The notes beneath the pieces were generated by a model, which was not told the DNA's origin, did no database searches, and saw nothing but the letters and a program-made list of their open reading frames with translations. 64,000 nt of DNA from a virus (Duplodnaviria; Caudoviricetes): positions 15,333 to 79,332 of IMG/VR virus record IMGVR_UViG_3300043432_000238. One strand, written 5' to 3'. Below are positions 43,691-55,100 of the stretch, in pieces. A program made the translations under genes and the position numbers. Positions within the stretch are counted from its first letter, which is position 1, and the number at the start of each line of letters is the position of its first letter.

Positions 43691-46123
43691 GTGGCAAAGC
43701 TTCCGACCCAGGAATCGCTCGGCGGTCTGCCGGCGATCCAGAACCGTCCGATTGCGACCTACGACACGACGGCGATCGGCCGCGGCGCGGCCAATCTCGG
43801 TCAGGGCATCGAGCGGGTGGGTGCCGCGCTCGACACCATCGACGCCGCCCAGAATCAGGCGCAGGCATTCGAGACCGAGCGGCGTTTCCAGGAATTCAAA
43901 TGGGACCAGCAGAAGGGTCTCGACACCCAGATGCGGCAGGTCGAACCGGGACAGGCGGACGGCTTTGCCGATCAATGGGCGCAGGGTTACAAGCAAAACG
44001 CCAAAGATTTCTTTGCGACCGTCCCGGACCGGCTGAAACCGCAGTTTGACGAACGGCTGTTCGGCGTCGAGCGCGATTTCTACAACAGCGCCGCGACCTT
44101 CGCGCGCACCGAGCAGAAGCGCTATTCGCTCGAGCAGCTCAACGATACGTCCAGCCAGTATTATTCCCGCGCATCGGCGGGCGAGCCACTCGATAATATC
44201 AGGAATGATTACAAGACTGCCATCAAGCTGAATCCCTATCTGACGCCGATCGAAAAGGACGAGGAAGCAAGAAACGGGTTCCTCGGACTTGAAAAGGCGG
44301 CGATCGAGGGCCGGCTCGCGCGCGGCGAGGATCCGGTTGCGCTGCTGAAAGACGTGAAGATACAGCCGCGCAAATCGCCGATCGATACCGACCTCAATCC
44401 GGAAGTCCGGGCAAAGCCTTTCGATGGTTCGGCAGAAATCCCAGCGGCACCCAAGCCCTTGCCGTTTTCCGCCAGCGTCAACGACGCCATTACCGCCGCG
44501 GCCAACAAGCACGGCGTTGATCCCGGATTGCTCGCAACCTTTGCCAAGATCGAGAGCGGCGGTAAGCCGGGAGCGCAGACCGGCTCATACAAGGGATTGT
44601 TTCAGCTTTCGAACACCGAATTCCGCAAACATGGCGGCGAAGGGAATATTTTCGATCCTGCCGCTAATGCCGATGCGGCCGCGGCGAAACTGAAAACTGA
44701 AGCTGATCAGTTCCAGGAAAAATATGGTCGGCCGCCATCGCCGATCGATCTCTACATGATCCACCAGCAGGGCGAGGCCGGCTACGATGCGCACATGGCC
44801 ATGCCGGATGCGCCGGCCTGGCAGAATATGGCATCGACAGGCGAAGGCCGCGAGAAAGGCACGCGCTGGGCGAAGCAGGCGATCTGGGGAAACATCCCCG
44901 ACGATGTCAAGGCGCAGTTTCCGGGTGGCGTCGACAGTGTCACCAGCGCCGATTTCGTCAAGATCTGGCAGAACAAGCTCGATCATTTCGGCGCGCCTTC
45001 CGCGGCAGCAACGCCGAAACAGGAATATGATCTCGGTCCTTACCCGCATCTCGACGCCAAAACCCGCTCTGCGCTGATCTATCAGATCACCCTGGCCGGC
45101 CATGAGACCGCGCTCGCCGATATGCGCGACGCCGAGGCTTCACTTCGCCGCGTTGGTAAAGCTGCGGTCGACGATCAGGGCCGCACCGCTCTCGATCGTG
45201 CCAAGACCATCCTGACGCGGAACCAATACACCAAGGCGAAATTGGGTTGGGATGCGGCTATTGCCGAACATGAGGCTGTGTCACCGATCGCCGATATGAC
45301 GGCGACCGAAGCTGCCGATCATCTCGATAGCCTGACGCCGAATCTGGGGATGGACGATGAACGCTATGCCATAGCCGACCGGGTGCAGAAGAAGGCGAAC
45401 GATGAATGGACGCGGATCGCGGGCCTGCGTGATACCGACCCGGCGCTTTCGGTCGACAAGTCGCCAGAGGTGCTGGAGGCCAAGGACAAGCTCAAGCACC
45501 TGACACAGATGTGGCCGGCCCAGCAGAACGCCATCCTGATCGACGCCAGGAAAGCGGCGCAGACCCGCGTCGGCATCCCGGACTTCCAACAGCGTGTCCT
45601 GACCGATGCCGAGGCCGCCGATCTGCTGCGGTTGCCCCGCCACCCCGACGATCCGCAGATCGTCCAGGACGCCATGAAAGACGCCGTCGAGAGGGCGCGC
45701 GAGCGTTACGGTCACTATGCCGGCGACGCGCTCGACAGCGCCATCTCCGTGCATCTGAAGCCCAAAGAGAACAGGGACGCCGCGCGCTTTTTCTCCGACA
45801 CCTTGCGGGCGGAGAACAAGCCGAAGCCGGCGGCAGGCGACAATTCATGGGGACAGTATTTCACCGGCTGGTTCGGCGGTGCATCGCCTCCCGAGATGCC
45901 AGGGAAGAATCCGTTGCGGACAGGCGCGGCCCAGGCCCCGACGAAAGCGAACCCGCTGCCGGCGCAGCCATCCGCCAGCTCATCCGCGCCTCTCCCCAAT
46001 CAGGCGCAGATCGACTGGGCGGCGAGCGACCCGCAGAACCGGCAGGCCGCGTTTGACGACAAGTTCGGCCCCGGCGCATTCGCCAAAGCGATGGCGGGCC
46101 GGCAGGCAGGAGGCGCGCGCTGA
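43691..46123 (+). CDS. Internal virion protein with a lytic transglycosylase (SLT) domain
   Basis: AAANKHGVDPGLLATFAKIESGG...YKGLFQLS...IFDPAAN...LYMIHQQG. Confidence 0.85.
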   Translation: MAKLPTQESLGGLPAIQNRPIATYDTTAIGRGAANLGQGIERVGAALDTIDAAQNQAQAFETERRFQEFKWDQQKGLDTQMRQVEPGQADGFADQWAQGYKQNAKDFFATVPDRLKPQFDERLFGVERDFYNSAATFARTEQKRYSLEQLNDTSSQYYSRASAGEPLDNIRNDYKTAIKLNPYLTPIEKDEEARNGFLGLEKAAIEGRLARGEDPVALLKDVKIQPRKSPIDTDLNPEVRAKPFDGSAEIPAAPKPLPFSASVNDAITAAANKHGVDPGLLATFAKIESGGKPGAQTGSYKGLFQLSNTEFRKHGGEGNIFDPAANADAAAAKLKTEADQFQEKYGRPPSPIDLYMIHQQGEAGYDAHMAMPDAPAWQNMASTGEGREKGTRWAKQAIWGNIPDDVKAQFPGGVDSVTSADFVKIWQNKLDHFGAPSAAATPKQEYDLGPYPHLDAKTRSALIYQITLAGHETALADMRDAEASLRRVGKAAVDDQGRTALDRAKTILTRNQYTKAKLGWDAAIAEHEAVSPIADMTATEAADHLDSLTPNLGMDDERYAIADRVQKKANDEWTRIAGLRDTDPALSVDKSPEVLEAKDKLKHLTQMWPAQQNAILIDARKAAQTRVGIPDFQQRVLTDAEAADLLRLPRHPDDPQIVQDAMKDAVERARERYGHYAGDALDSAISVHLKPKENRDAARFFSDTLRAENKPKPAAGDNSWGQYFTGWFGGASPPEMPGKNPLRTGAAQAPTKANPLPAQPSASSSAPLPNQAQIDWAASDPQNRQAAFDDKFGPGAFAKAMAGRQAGGAR

Positions 46124-49100
46124 TGGACGAGATGCCTGTTTCGACTCTGGCTGGCGGCGCAGAGATGGATCTGCGCGCCCAGCTCGATGCGCTGGACGAC
46201 ACGCCGCAGACGACGATCATCCCGAAATCGCGTCCGGAGGGCAGCGCCGACGTCGAGGTCGATCCGCTCATGCAGCAGATCACGGACAGCGGCAAGCTGG
46301 ACCAGCTCACGCGCTCGGTCGTCAACGACCGCGACATGGCGCCGATCGACGCCACCGCCCGCAGCCAGGCCGAAGCCCATCAGGGCATGCTGGATGAGTG
46401 GGAGAAGGAGGTCGCCCACCAACAGGCGCTGCTCGCCGACCCCTCCATCTCCGGCCAGCCGGTCGACATCCTGAAGGCCAATCTCGCCTTTGCCGAGAAG
46501 CGCCGCGACGAGATCCGCGCTGAGCGCGACAAGGCGCGGGCCCTGCAGACCGAGAACCTCTCCGATTTCTGGCAGCCCTTTGCACAAGCGTTTGCGCCGC
46601 AGCCGACCGAGGCCAAAGCGCTGCAGCAATATGCGGAGAGCGCGGGTGCCGACGGGCTGGCGGCAGGTGCTGGAGCCTTTGCCGATTATCTCGGCAGCGA
46701 GCTGGCGGCCTCTGGCTGGGAACCCTTGTCGCTGTCGAAGGTCAGCGGCATTAGCGATTTCGGCCGCTATCTGGAGCAGACTGCGGGCTCGGCGGCCGGC
46801 ACGCTGGCGCATTTCGGCACCATTGGCGCGTTGACGGGCGGCACCGGCGTCGTCGCCGACCTGATGGCGCAGGGCCATGGCCAGATGCGCCAGGCGCTGG
46901 AGCAGGCCGGCGTCACCGACAAGGCATCGCTCGCCAAGGGCACCTATACCTACGGCACGCTGGTCGGCGGGCTGCAGGCTGTGGTGCCCTGGGCGGTGAT
47001 GCGCGGACTGACCGCGCCGGCACAAGCCGCTTTCGTCGGCACCCTTGCGCAGATCTCCGCACGCGTCGCCACCGGCAGCTTGAAGATGGGCCTCGCGCAG
47101 ACGCTCGCCATGTCGCTGGCGGGCGTTGCCGAGACCTATGGCATCACCGACGTCACCGGCAAGCCGATCGACTGGGGCGCGGTCGGCCAGAAGGTGTTGG
47201 AAGACATCCCGCAGAACGCCATCACCGGCACGCTGTTCGGGGCGTTCGGTGAGGCCGGCAAGATCGCGGGAGGCGGCTACAAGTTGCGATCGAGCGACGA
47301 GCAGGTGCAAGCCTTCATGGAATTGGCCGGCATCAAGCCGGGCACGCCTGCCGCCGACGAATTCATGGCGGCAAAGGCGAAGTTCGATGCCGAGCGCGCT
47401 GCTGCCGAGCAGGCGGCCCGACCGCGTCTTCCCGCGCCGCAGATGGGTGAGACGACTGCCGGCGAAGCTGCCACTGGGAAACCCTCACCTGCCCCTGACG
47501 CATTGCGCCAGGAACTCGGCGAGCTGGCCACCGAGCGCACACCCGAAGCCGATGCACGCCGCGCCGAGATCGAACGGCAACTGGCAGCAGCAGAGCAAAA
47601 GCCTGAAGCGAAGGCACCGGAAGAAGACGCTCTGCGTTCGGAATTGGCGCGTCAGGACGAAGCCGTCGGCACGCCGGTCCTGACGCAGGCTTACGACCGT
47701 TTGAGCGATGCGCAGCGCCGCGAGGCCGCCGACCGCGTCGGCAAGGGCGAGGACGCCGCCGACGTGGTCGAAAACATCGCCATCCGCAGCGTGCAGGTCG
47801 AGCAATATCTGGAGGACAATGATCTCTCATTGTCCGATGAAGCCAAGGGCGGCGTCACTCGCTGGATGGCGAACGGCCGGCCGATCGAGGAGGCAGCGTC
47901 ACTCTATGCCGAGGAAGAATTCCTCCGGGAACTCACCAGCCGACAAGGGCTCGCCGCGGGCGCGCCTGCCGGGGAAACCGCAGCCGCTGGCGGCGGAGCC
48001 ACAGCCGAACCCAACGCCGGAGCTGGCGAGCCAGCCGCCGGCTCCGCCAGCGGAGCAACCGGCACTGCCGTCGCCGGAGCCGAGCCCACAGCAGGAGAGC
48101 CAGCCGCAGGCGCAGCCGGAGCCATCACCCGCCCCGCAGCCGCCGAGCCCACCGCAGCAGCCCCAGGAACCAGCCTCCCAGCCGGCGGAGCCCCAGCAGC
48201 CGCAGGGCTGGAGCCCGGATCAGCACGCCCAGGCGGCGAGCCAGTTGCAGGCATGGGCACGGGAGGAGCCGGCCCCGAAGGAACGCCAGCGGCTGGAAGA
48301 GCTGGCGGCGTTGCACCGGCATCTGGCGGGGAGGGTGCAGCCGGAGCCGGCTCAGGCATAACCTTCAAGACCGCGAAGGGCTCGTCCTACGTCGTTCATG
48401 ACGATGGCACGACATCGCGGGACAAAAAATACCGGCCCGAGCATGGCGAGAAGGAGCAAGGACCGCAGCCGCGTTCTGAACGCACGTTCTATGTGACGGC
48501 AGAAGACGCGCAAAAGCTAGGAGAGTTCCAGACCCAAGGCACCAAGAAAGCCGTGGTCGTCGACGAAAAGACCGGTCACGCCGCGGTCAAATATTTGGAG
48601 GGCAAGGCTGCCGGAAAAATCGAAAAGCGGACCGTCGTCAAGTTCCAGACCGAGCCCGCGGTCGGGCTGACCCCAGTCGAGATCTGGAAGGACGGCACGC
48701 GCGTTCACTTTGGCAACGCGATCACCGAGGTGACACAGCCGCGCGAGATCGTTACGCCTGACGGTTCCATGTCCGTCAAAACGACACCGGAAATCGTCGA
48801 TCTCGCCAGCCTAAAGACCGCGAGCGGCAACCTCCAACCGCGTGACCGGTCTCGCGCCGAAAGCCAAATTCAGATCCGCAACATCGCGGCCAATCTGGAT
48901 CCGCAGCAATTGATGCCGGCGCGCGTCTCCGATAGCGGTGCTCCCGTCGTGGCGCAGGACGGCACGGTGATTTCCGGCAATGGCCGTGTCGCGGCTCTGG
49001 CAGAGGTTTACCGCGATCCCGCGCTGAAGGAGAAAGCTGACGCCTATCGTGCGGCGCTCGGACCGGCGGCCGAAGGCATGCAGGAGCCGGTCATGGTTTC

Positions 49101-52100
49101 GCGCCTGCCGGCGATGGAGCAGGCCGAGCTCGAGAAATTCGCCGATCTTTCCAATCGCTCGCGCATCGGCGCGATGTCGGCGACCGAACGCGCAATGCGT
49201 GACGCCCGCGCTGCCGGTCCCGAAATCATGGGCCTTTATACCGGCGGCGCATTCACATCGCCGGCGAACCGCGACTTCTTCCGGACTTTTCTGGCCAAGG
49301 CGGTCGCGCAGAACGAGCGTGGCGCAATCTCGCGCGACGGCATGTTGACCAAGGAGGGCGAGGACCGCCTCTCCGCCGCCGTCCTGGCGGCCGCTTATGG
49401 CGACCAGGATCTGCTGGCTCGGATGCTGGAGAGCACCGACGACAACATCCGCAACGTTACCGGCGCGATGCGTGATGCCGCCGGCGCTTTCATCCGGCTC
49501 AAGGAGACCATCCGTAGCGGGCAGGCATCAGAAAAATTCGACATTACGCCGCAAATCACAGAGACTGCCAAACGCATCGCCGATTTGCGCAGCCGCGACA
49601 TCAAGCCGGCCGCGTTCCTGGCGCAGCAGGATGCCTTCACGCAGATCGATCCCATCGTCGAGGCGTTGCTGCGCGCATTTTACAATGACGATCTTTCGCG
49701 GGCGCTCTCGCGCGAAAAACTCACCGAGGTCTTGATCCGCTATGCCGAAGAAGCTGAAAAGCACACCGAAAATGGCCTTATCCCAGACGAAACCACGCCC
49801 GAAGACGTCATCCGCGTCGTCCGCGACCGCGCCCTCGCAGGCGAACGCCTCGCCGCCAGCCAGACCGACATCTTCACCAGCCGCCCAAGCGCTGCTGGCG
49901 GGACTGCTGCAGGGGCTGGGACAGAGGGACAGCGACCAAGCAATGCAGAGCGCGGGCGAGAACCTGGCGGCACAGCTCAGCCAACCCAAGGCCAGCCAGG
50001 GTTAACCCAATCCCAACTCCTAAAATCCGCTACCTGGCACGAGCCGCTGCAATCGCTGAAGCTCGCCGAGGAAGATGCCGCAAAGCTCGCGTCGAAGCTC
50101 ACCGGTGAAGCGCGCGCGCTCGTCGGGCAGATCGGCGCGAATGCCGTTCAGATCCGCGACCGCGTCCGCGCGCAGGATTTCGCCGGCGCCGAGCAGCTAC
50201 TGCGCCAGACGCTGGATGCTGCCGCACGCGCTGCGGCCCTGGACGATCGCGCTAACCTTCCGACGCAATGGGTGCGGCAGGCGGCAAACGCCTTGCCGGG
50301 AACCGAAGCAGGCAAGGCCGCCGTCGCGCAGAATTTCACGCACGAGCAAAACATCTTTCGCGCGGCTTGGAGCGATTCTGTCCGATCCCTTGATGATTTT
50401 ATCAATCGCGGCTTTGAAGGCGAAGCTCCAGCATCTATCCGTCGTGCCGCCGAATTTACTGGCGATGCGAGGGGCGCTTTCGATCGGCTGATTGGCGATT
50501 ACAAAGACATCGTTGAAGCCTATACGGCAGGTAATCGCGGATCTGCCGTGACGGCTCTCGGCAAAGCGATCGAAGATGCTGCGTTGCTTGATCGGCTGGA
50601 CGACAGCCCCAAAGCACGACTTTTTACGCAGTACGCGCGTTTCATGGCGCGCAAACATCTCGGCGAAACAAAAGCGCCCGCCCCCACCATCACCCCCGAG
50701 CAGCGCGATCATTTCCGTGAAGTCCTGAGAGGCTCGACACCCCGCAAGCAATGGATGTCGGAGCTTGGCGTCGATCCTGCCCAGATGGATGCGCTGATCC
50801 GCGAAGGTGAAGCGCAAGGACTGCTGCGCGTCGACCGTAACGGCATTGTCCGCCGGACGGCAAAGGCGAGGACGGACGAGCCGACGCCAGAAGAGCAGAT
50901 GCTGGCGATGCGTGCTTATCATGGCTCTCCGCATGCCTTCGACAAGTTCGACCTATCGAAAATCGGAACCGGCGAAGGAGCGCAGGTTTTCGGACACGGG
51001 CTGTATTTTGCCGAGAACGAGGCAACCGCAAAAAGTTATCAATTGACGCTCGGAATGCGGGCGGCAGACCCGCAACTGCTGGCAAAAGAGACAATGCCGG
51101 ACCTGCTGAAGAAGCAGCCGACATTGGGCGGTATGCTCTACCAAGCTGCTATCAACGGGCGTAAATCGGCGCTCGATGAAGCACTTGCGATCCAGATGCA
51201 ATCCATTGATTTGCGCGACCCCGGTGATATGCGCAAGGTCGGGCCGGTTCGCAAGCGCTTAGCCGAAGCAATTCAAGCACTTCGAGATCAGAGCAAGGGG
51301 AATCTCTATGAAGTCTCCCTCGATGTCGAGCCCCATCAGCTCCTTGATTGGGATAAGCCGCTGAGTGAGCAGAGTCCTGAGGTTCGCCAAGCATTGCTTG
51401 ATAATTTCGTGCAGGTGCGTTTGCAAACTGGCGACATTGCGAGTGGTATTTATACGCGAGCGGAAGCTGAACAGATTGCCGCCAAACCTGGGCGCGCCGT
51501 TGTCCCGCTTTCTGATGATGTGCGAGGCGACACCATTGTCCAATACGCTGATGATCCGGAATTTGTCAGCGCCCTTCGCGAAGCCGGCATCGCCGGCATC
51601 CGCTATCTAGACCAAGGCTCTCGCACTCTTGACGTGCAGATTCTCAACCCGCACGAAACGACGCACGGCAACTGGGTCGTCAAGCAAATCCCCAACGGAG
51701 AGGTCTATTATCGCGGTTCTGACGAAGCCGCTGCTCGCGCTGCCTATGAGGCGGCGCCCAAGCCGACGCACAACATCGTCATCTTCGACGACAGCCTTAT
51801 CAAGATCACCCACAAGAACGGCGTGCCTGTTACAGCAAAAGAACGCGCCGACGCGCTCGATCAGATGCACTCTGACCAAGCCGCAGCGGATGAGCAGCGC
51901 TTCGCCCTGCGCGGTTTCTACTCCCCCGCGATCCAGGCCGCAGAATCCATCGCCCAGGCGAAAGGCACCGGCGAGCAATTCTGGAAGCAGATCACCAAAG
52001 TCCCCGGCGTCAAGAAGGACGAGCTGGACTGGATGGGTCTTGAAGAGTTCCTGAAGGATAAGACCTCGATCACCAAGGCCGATGTGCTCGACTATATGCG

Positions 52101-55100
52101 GGCGCATCAGGCGGTGCTGGAAGAGAAGGTGCTCGGCGGCACGCCAGAAGGACAAGTGAGCCGATGGGAAATCTCTCTCGGGACACTGCGTAATCTCCTG
52201 CGCATGGACCAAGACGAGCTACCTGATGGCGCTTACACGGATATCGAACAATTTGCCTCCGGCAAAGAGCAGGCGTTCGTCGTCTATGATCCACATGGCC
52301 CGGGCGGTGGATGGTTCGTTTTGGATGATTCAGGCAATCCGAGGGGCGCATCAAGTCGTGAGCAGGCGCTTCATATGGCCACCGGCTATGTGACGAGTGA
52401 GTCAGAAACTGCACCGAAATTTGGCGAGTATAAAGTCCCCGGCGGCGAGAACTACCGCGAGTTGCTGCTCCGGCTGCCGGAGCTGGCCGACAGAAAACTG
52501 ACGCCTGAGCAGCAAAACCGTATCGCGCAAATCGGCGCTGATATGCGTGATCTGCGTGCAAGAATGAGCGAGGGAGATGCGCCGCAGCGGGAAGCTCTGC
52601 GCAAAAAAAACCGCGCGCTCAGTGCCGAAGAGAATGCGATCCAGGATACGGTTCGCCCCTATCTGTCCAAGCACTTCCAGGATCAGGAACTCGTCCATCT
52701 CCGCGTCGATGACCGCTACATCCCGGCCCCCGGGCCATCGGCGGAGCGGGCCGCCGCAATTCGAGAGCAGCTTCTCGATCTGAATGCCGCCGATCCTGAA
52801 GCCAAAGCGCTGCGCGAAGAACTCAATCCGAAGCGGAAGATCCTCTTCATCAATGAGGTGCAAAGCGATCTGCATCAGGAAGGAAGACGGGCGGGGTATC
52901 AGCAAGAAGATTTGTCCGGCAGGATCGCAGAGGCAAGGGCGGCCGTGCTCAAAGCGCTCGAAGATGAGCGGTCTGCATCTGTCGCGTATGAACGAGATGA
53001 GTCTCGCTTCCAGCAACTGCGCGACGCAGCAATACGCGTATCCGATGCCCGGAATGAACTTTCGGCATTAGAAGAAGCAGAGCGCGTTCCGAATGCTCCT
53101 TTCAAAGGCGACCTCTGGCTCGAACTCGCTCTAAAACGTGCCCTGCAATATGCCGCAGAGAACGGCTATGACGCCATCTCTTGGGCGAGATCGGATCAGA
53201 TCGCCAAGGCTGTCGGCGCCGAACCTGAAAAACTCGCACTCCAATACGATCAGAAGATCGGCAAATTCCTTGATAAATATACCAGGAAATGGGGAGGGAA
53301 GGTAGAGAGCGAGAAGGGGATCGTCAAGCCAGAACACCTGCAGGCTGACGTCGATGTCGGTGATGGCTATATATCGGAACATTTCTACAGGCCGATGCGC
53401 GAATTGCTGCCGCGCCCGTTCAACTCCGATCACTACGCCCGTCTTGCCTTCGACGAAACAGCGCTTGGCGAAATCCCTCGATCTTTCGATGTGCTTGGCG
53501 CAATCCGCGAAGCGGGAGATCCGGCAAATGTCGAGAAGGCAAAAAAGCTTTTAGAGGCATACCAAAAGCATCTGACCCCGCGTCCCGAGCCCAACCCCAT
53601 CCTCCGCATCACCCCGGAGATGCGCGACGCCATCGAAAGAGGGCAGCCGCTCTTTGCCCTGACCGATCAGCAGAGCCGCGTCCACGTCATGCGCCAGCTT
53701 TCAGCGGGGCGTGCCGCCGAGATCGAGCCTCGGCTAGTGAGTGCGGTCAATGACGTTCTCGCTCCGATCGCGCAAGGATTGCCTGAAGGCGTGCGGATCG
53801 GCGCCGTGTCGCGTGTCGAGCCGACCAGTGACCCAGAGCAATTCACGGCACATTTCGCTGCGCCTGATGGCTCAGCCTTTACGCTTCCCGTCACCGGGAT
53901 GCATATCTTCGACGGTCGCGCCGCCTACAACCCCCGGACCGACACCATCATTTCGCTGCGCTTCGGCGCCCTCCCTGGCGAGACGGCGAGCAGTCATTTT
54001 AGCCGCGCCCTCCGCGGTGAGATTTATCATGAGACCGTCCATGCCGTCTGGCGCCGACTTCCGTCCAGTCTTCGCACCGCGCTTATCGACCATGCGAACA
54101 GCCTCCACATCATGAATTTGCCGTTCCGACGATATCTCGGTTTGATCGGCGATCCAAGTGCACATAACGCACCGATCACATCGCTGCGGTTCAACTACGA
54201 GGAAGCCTATAGCGAGCGCAAGGATGTGCCGGGCCTGATTGATCAGGAAGCTGCAGCTCACATGATGGAGTTGTATGTCCATGGCGTGCTGAGTGATGAA
54301 CAGGTCGCACCGGTCAAAGGTATCCTTGACGCGCTCATCAATGACGCCGGCGGTTTCGTCAAGCAAGCCCGTAGGAAAGGCGGCGGAGCGGCGCTCCTGG
54401 CGGCCCGCGGTACCGAAACCGACGCAACACAGCCGCGCACGCCGACCGAAGTCAAAGTCTATCACGGTACCGGCGCGGAGATGGAACAGTTCGACCCGGA
54501 GTTTTTCGGACAACGCACCCAATTCCGCGAACCCGGCGAGAAGCCGAACCGCACGACGGAGAAAGCGTTCTTTTTCAGCGCCGAGCCATCGCTGGCCAAT
54601 GCCTATGCCGAAAACCGCACGAATGTTCCCTATGAGCTGCGGGCGGAAGCGATCAAGAGCGGCTTCGCCGAGGGCGACGATCCGACAGCGTTCTCATCGC
54701 TCAGCCGCTACAACCCGAAGATCGTCGAAGAAAAGATGAACCGCCTTGAGGAACAATATTTCCAGAGCGGCGCACGCGTCTTTCCCGCTTTCATTGAGAC
54801 GAAGAATTTCAAATCCGTCGACATGAAAGGCTATCGCTGGAACAGCGACGAGGGCACCAAGATCCGCAGCCAGATCAACAAGGCGAGGAAGGAAGGTTTC
54901 TCCGGCCTGATCATCGACGGTATGCAGGACGCGGGCGGATCGACCGCGCGGCAATATGCGGTCTGGGACAAGGGCACCGTCCGCAGCGCGCTGAGCGACA
55001 ATATGCTTTTCGCCATGCGCTCCCAATCCGCCGGCATCAACGAGATCTTCGCGGGCATCCGCGCCGATCTTGGCTTGAAGGAACCGGAGGGCCCCAAGAA

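Noticed and set aside
47940-48360. Ala/Gly/Pro-rich GEPAAG-like repeats in the giant protein as a separate repeat element
   Set aside because: They are best explained as a low-complexity inter-domain linker with irregular periodicity.
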